A program made the translations under genes and the position numbers. A stretch of 64,000 bases of DNA from Octopus sinensis (lineage: Eukaryota): positions 44,950,001-45,014,000 of the forward strand of contig NC_043007.1 in the NCBI RefSeq assembly GCF_006345805.1, in the 5' to 3' direction. This document shows positions 38,694 to 53,200 of this stretch, piece by piece. The stretch's first letter is position 1. Every line of letters starts with the position of its first letter. A model generated the notes under the pieces. It worked only from the letters and a program-made list of their open reading frames with translations. It was not told the DNA's origin and did no database searches.

Positions 38694-38947
38694 CATAAAT
38701 GTAATGAAACACACACACACACACAGACACACACACACACATATATATATATAAGTTCAGCAAAATTTAGATTCAAAGGAATATGGTACTTAAGTCAGAG
38801 GCACCAGAATTTTGTATGGCATTATCTGAAGATTGCTCAACATTGATGCAATACTTACAATGTTTAATAAAATGAAGTAGTACGAAACGATCGTACCAAA
38901 TTATCGAAGATATACTTCTTGCTTATTTTGATTATATATATATATGT

Positions 38948-39255
38948 ATCGTCACCCTTTTCAAGCCTAGGCAGACTCATGGGCCCGGTTTCCCGGTTTC
39001 TGTGGCGTATGTGTTCCCTCCCAGTTGGACAGGACGCCAGTCCATCGCAGCGTTACTCAAGAAACAGGAAGAGAGAGTGAGAGAAAGTTGTGGCGAAAGA
39101 GTACGACAGGGGTCACCACCACCGCCTGCTGGAACCTCGGGGAGCTTTTAGGTGTTTTCGCTCAATAAACACACACAACACCCGGTCTGGGAATCGAAAC
39201 CGCGATCCTCCGACCGCGAATCCGCTGCCCTAACCACTGGGCCATTGCGTCTCCA
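38948..39255 (-). mobile_element. SINE family C
   Basis: Near-colinear with 62242-62554. Confidence 0.9.
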
Positions 39256-39260
39256 CCCCC

Positions 39261-39325
<65 letters not shown>

Positions 39326-39496
39326 CATATACATACATATATATATATACATACATACATATACATACATATACATACATATACATATACATACATATAT
39401 ATATATATATATATAAATATATAAATATATAAATATATATATAAATATATATATAAATATATAAATATATATAAATATATATATATATACATATTT

Positions 39497-39530
<34 letters not shown>

Positions 39531-39960
39531 CACATTCATACACACACATATACACACACACATAACACACACACACACACATATATATATTCACACATAC
39601 ATACATACACACAAATATATATATACATATGTGCAGATTCGAGTGTATGCTACATCAAAAACTAACTCCATTGACCTAAACCTGTCTGTGCATTAACATT
39701 GCAGTTCGATAAAATACATTAACATTTCGTGTTGTCTGGTAGCGTTTATCTGTCTTTCGTAAGAGAATCTTATCTTGTGTCAACTTGGTTTGCAGGAACT
39801 CTGAACAGTTCCATTTGATGCATACAAAACTTCAAAGGAAATCCTGATGGTCGACCCAAGTGATGATCAATCTGCTCGGCTTTTAATCGATAGAAGATAA
39901 TGCTAAGTATCAAGTATTTTCTCTCATTCCCTCCTTTTTTTTTTTAGTCCCCCGGCTCAC

Positions 39961-40115
39961 TTTCTTCTTCTTCTTCTTCTTCTTCTTCTTCTTCTTCTTC
40001 TTCTTCTTCTTCTTCTTCTTCTTCTTCTTCTTCTTCTTCTTCTTCTTCTTCTTCTTCTTCTTCTTCTTCTTCTTCTTCTTCTTCTTCTTCTTCTTCTTCT
40101 TCTTCTTCTTCTTCT
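39961..40115. repeat. (TTC)n microsatellite, ~50 units
   Basis: Direct reading; source of the poly-K ORF. Confidence 0.98.
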
Positions 40116-40387
40116 TTTCCTCCCCCCTCCTCATTTCGTATCCATGGTCGTAGTCGTTGTCGGCGTGGTTATCCTTTGCCTTGTTCCTCTGCGCTTGCTT
40201 CTCTATCTTACTTGCATTCGTCTATGTCCTCTTCAAGCGTTCATGTAATATATGTCATATACATGTGTTTAACATGCACAGATATCTGTGTGTATTTATG
40301 TTTATGTGTGTGTGTGTGTGTGTATATATATCTATATATCACCCATGTATGTTGTACGCATTCCACTCACTTTCTAAATCTCCCTTT

Positions 40388-40481
<94 letters not shown>

Positions 40482-40891
40482 TGATATATCTATCTAACTA
40501 ACTACGCACACACATGCACGCACACATGCACCAACATATGAACGCATACATGCATCGTAGCGATAACATGTTCTAATAAGCAATGATACTCGTAGAAATT
40601 TTGACTCATCCCGCGCTGTTTTCTTCTAGTCTCTCTCTCTCTCTCCCTGTCTGTCTGTCTCTCTTCCTATCTGTCTGTGCTTCTGTCACTGTCTCCCCCC
40701 TCTCTCTCTGTATATATATACATATATATATATACATATATATATATACATACACATGTTTGTGTACATCTTCTCTCTACTCTCTCTCTCTACTCTCCCT
40801 TTCTACTCTCTCCCTCTCCGTCTACTCTCTCTACTCTCCCCCTCTCTCTACTCTCCCCCTCTCTCTCTATATATATATGTATTTGTGTGTA

Positions 40892-40939
<48 letters not shown>

Positions 40940-41496
40940 GTGTGTGTGTGCGTGTGTTTGTGCATGTTTGCATCTTTTGAATGCTTTGGCACATGCGTGG
41001 TTATATAATGTGCGCGTGATATTCTTGCTCTCATAAATGTGTGCTACTTTTCGTATATGCTATATTTGTGTTAGTGAATGTTTTCAGATGCACACACATT
41101 CACAGAAACACACACACAGAGCAGGGTAAAAGAAAGAAAAAAGATTATCTAGTTTTGACGCTGCCAATACATTCCAAATACGAATCTAAAATCTGGAGTC
41201 TTAAAAGTTGCAACTGTCATAGACTGAGACATCAATGGATGTGCATGAAAGTGAAGTAAGAAGCATGCATAAAGAACACGAAGGATGTGCCATTTCAAAG
41301 ACTTGAAGAAAGAAATCTTCTCCTTAGAGCTTTCTTCATTTAACAATAGAAGATATAAAAGAAAAGCCAGTTAAAACTTGGCAAATCTCGTATTTTTGCG
41401 GAGACGTTTGAGCGGTTAAGACGTAGCACGTGCATTAAGACTGTGAACGTTTGCTGTTATCAGCTTAGCGGTTACAAAGTCGAACGTCACAAACAA

Positions 41497-41568
<72 letters not shown>

Positions 41569-41621
41569 GTTATTATTGTTATTATTATTATTATTATTAT
41601 TGAGTGAGAGAGCAGTGCATA

Positions 41622-42074
41622 CCATCAAAGTGACACTGGGATAAAATATACGAAGCCCAGTATACCCATCATGACTATCCGTCTGATAAGGGTACACCAG
41701 GCACATGCATCACATGTGTGCACGACATGGTGATCTCATATCAAGATAAACAACGCATGACCTTACAGGTGGGGCCCAGTTAGAATTTTCTTCTGGTTGA
41801 GTAGCCCATCCCGCTCAAAAGGTCCATGAATAAGGATAGTTTAAGAATGTTGAACGAACCATCCATGTTTCCAAAGGTGAATTATCCAAACCTCCAAGAA
41901 TTCCTTTCAACACACGGCTATGATGCTCCCCACTATTTCTGCTCATGATCAGTTGTTTGACCTTAACCAGTTGAGCATGTCTCTTAGTGGCTGACAATAT
42001 GTACATCTCTGATCATGAGCAGAAGTAGTGGGGGAGCATTATAGCCATGTGTTGAGAGGGATTCTTTGGAGTTT
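41622..42074 (-). mobile_element. ~550-bp (TAA)n-associated element, 3' part with 5' inversion
   Basis: 41622-41952 is the reverse complement of the 3' part of 43321-43872, next to (ATT)n; 41953-42074 is the same element in the opposite orientation. Confidence 0.85.
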
Positions 42075-42094
42075 AACCCTCACACTGTTCATCG

Positions 42095-43110
42095 CCCTTG
42101 CTCTATTGAATGTTTGCCCCTGTGCTTTATTGATTGTCATAGAATAGGAGAGACGAACTGGAAACTGGGTCCGATGCAGAACGAATGGAACGTTTGCATT
42201 GCTTGGAGTAAGTTTGATTCTTGGAATTATTACTCTCGTGTGAGCATGAGATTTCACTTATAATTGATGCTTCGATGCTATGTTCGTGGAGCTGAATTAC
42301 TGCCAATCGAGTTCCGTTGCATAGACCTTGTGTTATAGAGAGGTTTCTAAAAAGCATAATAATTGCTTTAACTTTTAAGCTAAGGCGATAGGGAGACATT
42401 CTAGAAGGTATAAGAGAGTTTATAAACTCCATGCGAGAATTCTGGGCTTGTTCTTCATTATCAGAAGTTACTGAATCGGTACTTAAATATGCCTTAGTTT
42501 CAGTGGGCAATCTACTTAGAATTTATTCATTTACTGCTTAGTTGTCCTAATTTTTAGGGGATAAGATCACTCTATTTTTCATTCCTTCTGCTGTACTATT
42601 GTCAAATATATCAGATACCAAAGAATTATTACACATGCATGCCTCTGGAATATCAATCGTGTCTTCTGCGAGATTATCAAGAGAACTTTGAAGAAATCCA
42701 CTTCCAAGTGGAACCACCACGAAAAATCTTGTTCATTTGCATTTGTAAGTTGCATTTTATGAAAATTATCCCATATAGAGTAGTGTTTGAGGCAGAAATG
42801 AAGTACAGCTGCAGGAGGAGCTCTGGGAACAACTGGAAGAACTTGTCTAAAATCTCCTCCTAGTAAAATTTTCCCACCAAATATACTATTATTATTCATA
42901 ATATCCCTTAAACAATTATCTGTAGCTTTCAAAGCAAAAACTGGTATCATTGAAGATTCGTTAATAATGAAAACTTTTCCTCGCCTAAAAATGTTTCCTT
43001 GGTCAAAAATTGGTGGAACATTGCACACATTTATTTCACTGAAAGGAACTGGAAGCTTGAATATACTGTAAAGAGTTTTACCACCTTTGCAGCAATGTCC
43101 GTCCAGAAGC
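42095..43110 (-). pseudogene. Helitron PIF1-like helicase relic
   Basis: Minus-strand ORFs: [90 protein letters not shown] (PIF1 motifs II-VI). Frameshifted. Confidence 0.93.
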
Positions 43111-43184
43111 CAGGGGAAATAACTCGAATTTAATCCTGACTTATCTCCCTTAGAGTGAGAAACACCGACGGTACAAGCGTATTA

Positions 43185-43238
<54 letters not shown>

Positions 43239-43261
43239 TGATAATAATAATGATAATAATA

Positions 43262-43320
<59 letters not shown>
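43185..43320. repeat. (AAT)n microsatellite
   Basis: Direct reading. Confidence 0.97.
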
Positions 43321-43321
<1 letters not shown>

Positions 43322-43872
43322 CCCTGATGCTGCACCAGGCAGTAGTTTTAATGGCTTTTAATCTTAACTAATTGAAAGTGTTATGATGTACATTGTTTTG
43401 TATTATTATAATATATGGGGTCGAGCAGATATTCTCTTCAGTATCACAGAGTTGCTTGTAAGTTGTTTGACCTTAACCGCTTGAGCATGCCCCTTAGTGG
43501 CTGACGATATGTGCATCTCTGATAACGAGCAGAAGTAGTAGGGGAATATCATAGCCATGAGCTGAGAGGAATTCTTTGGGCTTTGAATTATTCACCTCTG
43601 GGTGTTTTGTTCATCATCCTTAAAACAAATCTTATTTAGGGATCTCTTGAGTGGTATGGGATACTCGACCTGAAGAAAATTTTAACTGGGCCCCACCTGA
43701 AATGTTATGCGTCGTTTATCTGGGCAGGAGATCACCATATCACGCATACATAGTTGCGATGCATGTGCCTGGTGTACCCTTCCCTTATGAGATGGGTAGT
43801 CATGATAGGTATATTAGGTTTCGTATATTTGTACCCCAGTGTCACTTTGATGGCATGCGCTGCTCTCTCACT
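43321..43872 (+). mobile_element. ~550-bp non-coding interspersed element embedded in (TAA)n
   Basis: Bounded by (AAT)n on the left and (ACT)n/(AAT)n on the right; homologs at 41622 and 20205; no TIR, no tRNA boxes, no diagnostic ORF. Confidence 0.8.
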
Positions 43873-43876
43873 CACT

Positions 43877-43953
<77 letters not shown>

Positions 43954-44029
43954 ATAATAATAATAATAGTAATGATAGTAATAATAATAATAATAAAAAT
44001 AATGATAATAATAATAGTAATGATAGTAA

Positions 44030-44064
<35 letters not shown>

Positions 44065-44113
44065 ATAGTAATGATAGTAATAATAATAATAAAAAAAATA
44101 ATAATAATAATAG

Positions 44114-44158
<45 letters not shown>
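43873..44158. repeat. Compound (ACT)n/(AAT)n microsatellite
   Basis: Direct reading. Confidence 0.95.
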
Positions 44159-44159
<1 letters not shown>

Positions 44160-44160
<1 letters not shown>

Positions 44161-46357
44161 TTCCCAAAGCAAATGAAACAGCAAAACCAGAAAACTACAG
44201 ACCAATAACCTGCCTCCCTACTATGTTCAATGCATTTACTGCAGTGATATCGCAAAGGCTGAACAAGCACCTGGACGAAAACAAACTGTTCCCAGAAGAG
44301 CAGAAAGGATGCCGCAAAGGCTCATATGGCTGTAAAGATCAACTAATGATTAATAAAGCCGTAACTGAAGACAGCCACAGAAAGAAGAAAGGCCTCAGTA
44401 TGGCCTGGATTGACTACAAAAAGGCGTTTGATAGCATCCCCCACACATGGATCCTCGAAACACTAGCTATTAACAAAGTAGCACCAACAATCATAAAATT
44501 CATAGAGCACTCTATGAATAAATGGCAAACAGTCCTACACCTCCAAACAAAAGAGGGACTCATGAAAACCAAAGATATCCCCATTAGGAGAGGAATATTC
44601 CAGGGAGACACGCTCTCTCCACTCCTTTTCTGCTTGGCACTGTCACCTCTATCTGATATGCTAAATAGAACTGGATGCGGATATAAATGTTACGGCAAAA
44701 CGATCAGCCACCTTTTATATATGGATGACCTAAAACTATACGCTGCAAATGACAAACAGCTGGAAACACTATTAAAGACAGTTCATGGATTTACCAAAGA
44801 AATAGATATGAAATTTGGATTAGAAAAATGCGCCAAAGTAACCATGAAAAGAGGAAAACATCACACTAGATAAAACCAATGAAATAAAAGAATTAGACCA
44901 AAGCCAAACTTACAAATACTTAGGAATTCATGAACTAGATAAGACACAACACACACAAATGAAAGAGAAAATAAAAAAAGAATATTATAGACGAGTTAGA
45001 TCAATACTAAAAACAGAGCTCAATGCTAAAAACAAGATAATAGGTATCAACACTTTAGCTGTCCCAGTTATAAGTTACAGCTACAATATCCTTATCTGGA
45101 CACGAAATGAACTGTCCAAAATAGATAGGAAAACAAGAAAAATACTGACAGGATCTAGGATGCATCACCCAAAATCTGACATAGAAAGACTATATATACA
45201 ACGTAGAGAAGGTGGTAGAGGCCTTATACAGCTGGAAAACTACTATAAAATAACCACCATAGGACTGCAAAAATATCTACTTCAGAAGGAAGGAAAACTG
45301 ATCCAGATAGCAGCAAAACACGAGCAAAACAAAAAACTGTTCTCAGTATTTAAGGAAGCTGACAAATACAAACAAGAAATCATACCACCTAATAAACATG
45401 AAGAAGAAGAAGAAGAAGATGATGAAGAAACAACAAAAGCTATAAAACAAATGAAATCCAAACTAAAAATAGAACAGCAACGAACCATGATAAAACGATG
45501 GCAAGAAAAGCCCCTTCATGGTAAATACTGCACTAAACTAAACGCAAAAGAAATAGACAAAGAAAAATCCCAGCAATGGTCGAGAAGCTCAGGACTCAAA
45601 GCAGAAACAGAGGGATTTTAATTGCAGCACAAGACCAAAGCCTCCCCACCAGAAATTACCAAAAACATGTAATGAAAAGAAATATTACAAGTAACTGCAG
45701 AATATGTGGAGATGGACAAGAAACAATAAATCATATTATCTCTAGCTGCCCAGTCCTGGCTAAGAAGGAATATATTCACAGACATGACAGAGTTGGAACC
45801 TACATACATTGGAAGCTATGCCAACATTATGGAATAACAACAGAAAAAAGATGGTATAGGCACACACCAGAAAAGGTCACAGAAAACGAGAAAGCAACCA
45901 TACTCTGGATATGCCGATACACACAGATAGAGAAATTAAGGCCAACAGACCAGATATAGTTGTCAGAGATCATGAAGAAAAAAATGCTTTCTAATTGATG
46001 TGTCAATACCGGCAGATGACAACGTGTCTCTAAAAGAAATGGAGAAACTCTCAAAATACAAAGACCTGGAAATAGATGTAACTAGAATGTGGAATCTGAA
46101 AACAGAAACAATTCCTATCATAGTAGGTGCATTAGGCATGATAAAAAAATATTCAGATAAATACATAACAAAAACACCAGGACTTACAAACACATATAAC
46201 ATACAGAAAATTGCACTACTAGGCACTGCACACATCCTACGCAGAACACTTTCCATACAATAACCATCAGAGCATCACAACAAATCACAGCACATACCCA
46301 AGGCACACAGAGCTGCGCTCGGTAGTGAAGTGAAAGCACGCTATAAAAATAAAACTA

Positions 46358-46360
<3 letters not shown>
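44160..46360 (+). mobile_element. 5'-truncated R4/Dong-clade non-LTR retrotransposon (RT + CCHC + RLE endonuclease)
   Basis: ENYRPITCL, WIDYKKAFDSIPH, RGIFQGDTLSPLLF, HLLYMDDLKLY, YKYLG, CRICGDGQETINHIISSC, RPDIV..FLIDVSIP, EKLSKYKDL, IQKIALLGTAHILRRTL. Three frameshifts (~44860, ~45619, ~45909). (AAT)n on both sides. Confidence 0.95.
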
Positions 46361-46413
<53 letters not shown>

Positions 46414-46440
46414 CAACAATAATGATAATAATAATAATAC

Positions 46441-46630
46441 TTATTTCAAATTTTGGCACAAGGCCAGCAATCTTATGTGTAGGGTTAGTGTTAGGGTTAG
46501 TATATTTCCTCAATCCCGGTACTTGGCTGATCTTTTATTTTATCGACGCGGATTGGATGAAGATCAAAGTTGACTTCAGCGGGATTTGAACTCAGGATAT
46601 AAAAAAGCTAGAACGAATAAGGTAAGGCAT
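46441..46630 (-). mobile_element. SINE family B, decayed
   Basis: tttcaaattttggcacaaggccagcaa..ttttatcgac..gggatttgaactcag. Confidence 0.7.
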
Positions 46631-47392
46631 TTTCTTTGATGCCCTAAGAATTCAACTAATCTAATATAATCTTAATTCCTAAAATTTAGTGCGAGGTGGG
46701 GGTGTATAGTTGATTCTACCAACTGCAATAACAGTGATACTTATTTCCCCGATCTAAGCATGGTGGAAGATTAACTCGACGTTAGCTGAGTTTAACTTAA
46801 AATGTAAAGAGGCGGACTTTAATACAACAAAGCCTTTTTCTTTTAATGTAGGTTCTATATCACTAATTCATTGTTGGTAGAACACAGTATCACGTAGGCT
46901 GCATATGAAGACACGCATAACCACATGAATCGTTATTGGAGTTTTGATATGTATTTTATTATTTTCATTAATCGGGAACTTCTATATTTCCATGCGTATA
47001 TGGAATAGCATTCATGAGATAACGAATAGAATTGTTAAGAATCTTCTGTAATACAACACGCTAAATAATATTGTAAAAGTAGTAAATAAGTATTAAAACC
47101 GAATGTGCAGTGCGCGAATCGACATTACAACTTAAGCCCGAAACATTTTAATGAACACAACGCAAGTGAGTTAAGTAAAAGAGAGCGCGAGGCCAATATA
47201 CTGAGCACAGTAACATAGTTCTGAGTAGCTTGAGGTTGAAGTTACTAAGTTTTTATAACCGCTCGTAAAAGTTTCCAGAACCTTCGATCAAATATTTGGT
47301 GGGAAAATTTGCAAACTTCCTCTGAAGTTCTCTGCATCGATAATAAGAGGTCAGCCAATGCTGATTCGACGAGCTATATTAATGCGGGCATT

Positions 47393-47696
47393 GAAGGTGC
47401 ATGTCTTAATGGTTTGAGTGTCGGGGTCACAACCTTGAGGGGATGAGTTCAATTCCAGGACAGCGCTGTGTGTTGTGTTCTTGAGCAAGACATTTTATTT
47501 CACGTTGCTCCAGTTCACTTCGCTGTAGAAATGAGTTGCGACGTTACTTGCGTCAAGCTGTATCGGCCTTTGCCTTTCCCTTGTGTGCACAGGTGACTGC
47601 TGGTCTTCCACAAACAAATTTGACCAGACTTGTGCCTCGGAGAGGAATTTTCTGGGTGCAATTCCATGGTCATTTATGACCGAATTATTTTTTTAA
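47393..47696 (+). mobile_element. SINE family D with 17-bp TSD
   Basis: TSD atattaatgcgggc(a/g)tt at 47376-47392 and 47697-47713. Confidence 0.85.
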
Positions 47697-48023
47697 ATAT
47701 TAATGCGGGCGTTAAGGCTTTTTGGAAATACAATGTTTTTATGGCAGTATGAGAGGTTGTTGTCCTGAGCTATTTGGTCCATTTACGACACCAAATCCCT
47801 CTGTTGATGTCTGTGAACCTATAAGAGCAAAACAAAGCTAAAGATAATTTACAAATGTTCTGGTGGATACAGGCGTAAGAAAAGCAATAAATTATGTTTC
47901 CTAAATTTATTGTTCTTTTCCCCAAGGAATTAGTGACGTTTGCATTAATCACTGACTGGTCACAACGTATAAATGTCTGCCGATGAAGCCGAATAAAGAC
48001 TTAAAGCCATTCGGCTGCATACA

Positions 48024-49400
<1,377 letters not shown>

Positions 49401-51444
49401 ACACACACACACTCAATTTCTCTCCCCCCACTCCAAATTATATTTAAACAGACTGCAGAAAACTTCAATAATGCAGTCATCATCGTAGTTGAAACGATAA
49501 TAGCATATTTGATATTTAAACAAACCTTTCAAAGATTTCTAGATATAGTCAACCCTCACCACAACCAGTTACGTCTACCGCCTTCACCACCACCACCATC
49601 ACAATCGCTATCATCACCTTCAACGACTCCATCACCGATACTTTCACCATCCTCATCACTCAAATATCAAAGCTATCGCAACAATACAGCTATTAAGACC
49701 ACCTCTAACACTCGCAACATCGCTGCAAACATTACCTAAATGACCATCAGCACTAACGCGACTACGTTCACAATAAGCAGCGCCACTAAAACCGTCATCA
49801 TTCTGTATCACCTCCTCAGCTTCCAACCAACACCTCGACGGCATCAAATACTTATATCAAGGGTAATATACAGACAGTATCATCACTATTGCCGCCACCA
49901 TCAATTACCGATATCAAAAGTAATGCAGATTGCGTAATCGCCACGGCTACCACGACCACCACGACCACCACCACCAAAAGCTCCATCAGCTATCAACCCC
50001 TGCCGCTAGACTAGCTACCACAAGAGCCACAATACTACCGCTGCCCTCACTACCTACTGGTTTCATCATGAGTCAACGGAGGAGCATCCTCGTGACTAGA
50101 AGCAGCAGCCAAATCCCTCTCAAATCTCGACCTACCGTCTGAGGAAATGACAGAGTGAATTATGTGTACTTTGGATGGGGAGTGGGATAGCTACGACTGG
50201 AATATCTTTAACCATAGGTCAGCTAAACAATAACAACAACAACACCAGCAGTAACAGCTGCAGCAGCAATCATTTGTAACATAGTCACAAGGTTAGAAAT
50301 TACAGAGGAAGGATACAATACGAGAAGTGTCTACTAGAGAGCGAGTATTTTGATGAGTAGTATATTTTGTAAATGATTTAGATCTGGTGTATTGGGTTAC
50401 AATTCTAACGTCTGAGATAGTTTGCTTGTAGTTTAATATGAAACTGCTTTTGTTATTTTTAGGAAGTGTTTTTTGTAAATATTTAGACTAGGAAGTTTGG
50501 GAAATAATTTTGTAATTTAACATTAGTAAATATACGCACTTGGAACACATCTTGATTAAAATAACGTGTATAATATGTGCAACTGTACGAGCTAAACACT
50601 TTGTCTCAGAGAGACCTTGTCTCGAAGAGACTTGCGCATATATTAAACAAAAAATCGGGGCTCACTCGGAATTTCATTGGTGGATCGTAGAGGCACGGTG
50701 TTTCGATATCATTTGGTTTCCTGAGCGATGGATATCCCCCGGACATTCTGAGCTAAGCCGAAAAATATTTGTTCTGCTCTGGAAATCGGTAACCAAAGTA
50801 TTTGCAGATTTGTGCAAAAACTGGTTAGGTTAGAAGTAAATAAACATACGCAATAAAACAACATTCGATAAGCAAAACTATGTGTAGACCAGATAAAGAC
50901 AGAAAAGAGTGTTTGAAAATGCGCCGATCACATTCTGAGCGAGGTCTGCGATTTCATAAAACAAAAGTCTCCTTGAAAAGTTTCGCCGACACAAAATATT
51001 TAGTTTGTGCCATCCAACATTTGAATATACACTTCGTTATTCATTTAAACAGTTGCAGAAAGAAGTTTGGCTGACAATTAATGAACCAGTACATTGCCAA
51101 TCGATGTTTAACGAACCACTACCAATAGAATAAACAAGGTTGAATCTAGTAAAATGTTTCCCCTGGGCAATTCAATGCTGGGTTTTCAAAAGTATTCAGT
51201 CAATTCATTCGACGACTACTTCCAGCATTTTAAGACATACGTAACCCAACTGTTGCGTTCGAAATGTTTTCTATGGATTAACTATTGTTCTCTTAACTGT
51301 ATATCATGAATGGCTTTATTTCTTAGCCTTTTCAATTATTCAAAGTATTGGCTTTGATGGTTGGTACCGGATCTTCTGCAGTTCATAGCAATGTACAATG
51401 TACACTATGCCATCGGAAAAGAAAAAGAAATAATGGAGAGAAAG

Positions 51445-51482
<38 letters not shown>

Positions 51483-52989
51483 AGATGATAATAAGGAAAG
51501 AGATAGAAAGAGAGCGACAAAGGGAGACATGGAAAGACAGATAAGGTTAGAGAGAAAAGGCTAGGAGACATCGATGTTACTAACTTCAAAAGAAAAAAAA
51601 CACACAAAGAGGACGAAGTTAAAATGGCGTTTTGAACGTCGCCGTCTTTAACGATTCAAGCAGCAGACGATAGATTTATAATTCAAATAACAATGGCATT
51701 TATCGAAACAAGTCTGAAAAATATAATAAAAATTTAAACTCTACTATCTTATTGTTTAGTGAAAGAAAAGATTAGTAAACAGAATTTAAAGGTTTATTGT
51801 GTTTGTTGGTGAATAAATATTTAAAGAAGTTGAAAGGAACAATCGGAAAACAATAGTTGCAATTGACAGAGGAGAATGAGGAGATGTAGATAGAAGAGAA
51901 GGCAAAATGAAGTACTGGACATTTGAAAATATACAGTGTCTGTAGCAAGTTATTCTATGATAACATTATAAAATAACAATGGAGTTCAACTGTAAGAGGC
52001 AACCAAATTTAGTCCGTTTTAAAATCTTTTATATAAGAAGGAAGGGCAGTACCCATAACCCTAATAGGCATCCGAGACTGGTGGGAAGGATGCCGTTGTA
52101 CACTAGTAATACAGGCTTTGAGGGCGGAACCAGAATAAGTTACTCTAAGACCAGCCTCCTAGTAGCTATATGTCGATATCAACGCAAACTTTTGACAGAT
52201 TGAAATCAATTAATATGTCTCCGAAGCCAAATCCATTCCCAGTCCGTTTCATGATTTAACGCAAATTTGCGTGTAGTAAAGTTACGGGAAGGAAGTTATC
52301 AATTGCGCCCGCCTTGTTCGGATACTGTCTCCGCTGCCCAGACTCTCGGACTGATGGTTATAAAAACAGTATCTAACACATTTGGTATGTGATAATATAG
52401 CTAGCTCATGGGGTAGACCATCCAGTCCGGGTCATTTGTTTTACGTACAGCAGCTCAACACATTTGCTAAATTCAACGTTTCGCAGCATCCTTGATTCCT
52501 ATCCGAGAACTACGGTAGTTAGTTGTCGAAATATCCGGCTTCAGTTCAAGCGCCTCGCAGAATATTCAAAAGAAAATCGTACGCATCTGTTTGGAATCAT
52601 GCAGTACGCGCCCGCTGCCTTCTGTCAAAGGTCGAATTGCGACTGCATTGTTACATCGGAAGACCATCGAACAAATTTGCAGCTGTAGTACCCACACTCT
52701 AGTACGAAAAATGTACGGTTCGTGCATCGCGGTGAGAAAATTATAGTGGATCACTTTTGCCACTAGCACGCCGATGGCCTTTTCTATGTACTTCAATTCA
52801 CTTTACTAGCTCACCCTATGGTCCTATTAAAGTGGGGTGGGTGAAGAAAAACAGAAAAAGTGTTCACCTTACTGGGACCCAAAAACTTGCGATAATCAGG
52901 GAACGCTCTAATTAAAACAGCTACAGCAACAGCAACAGCAGCTGTAACAACAACTAGAAAAATATTATCCCAACAGACTGCAACGCCTC

Positions 52990-53200
52990 CGTGAATATTT
53001 TTGAAAAATCAAGTAAATACCAGGACCTTGAAATAGATAGCACAAAAATGTGGCATCTATGTGATTATCGGAGTTCTTTGGGGATAATACCAGAAAGTAC
53101 TCTTAAACACTAATAACCCCCCCCCCCCCAAAAAAAAAATATCAGAATCACAAAAGATTGTTCTCGTGAATATAGATCACATTCTACGAAAAAGTTTGCC
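52990..53200 (+). mobile_element. Old R4/Dong 3' coding fragment
   Basis: EKSSKYQDLEIDSTKMWHL..QKIVLVNIDHILRKSL matches the C-terminus of the 44160-46360 element; preceded by a (CAA/CAG) tract. Confidence 0.75.

Noticed and set aside
39780-39910. Possible exon after ttggtttgcag acceptor
   Set aside because: All three frames contain stops; no supporting homology.
43321-43400. HDV-like ribozyme at the 5' end of the 550-bp element
   Set aside because: Only a short gccctg..caggc hairpin with ~9 nt inside; too little room for the P2/P3/L3 nested pseudoknot.
47980-48020. CCGAUGA + 8-bp stem (agccgaat/attcggct) hammerhead-like motif
   Set aside because: No GAAA after the stem and the core is mutated.
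49480-50320. S/T/P/H-rich ORFs
   Set aside because: Degenerate (CAC/CAT/CAA) low-complexity DNA; short ORFs in several frames with no consistent frame.
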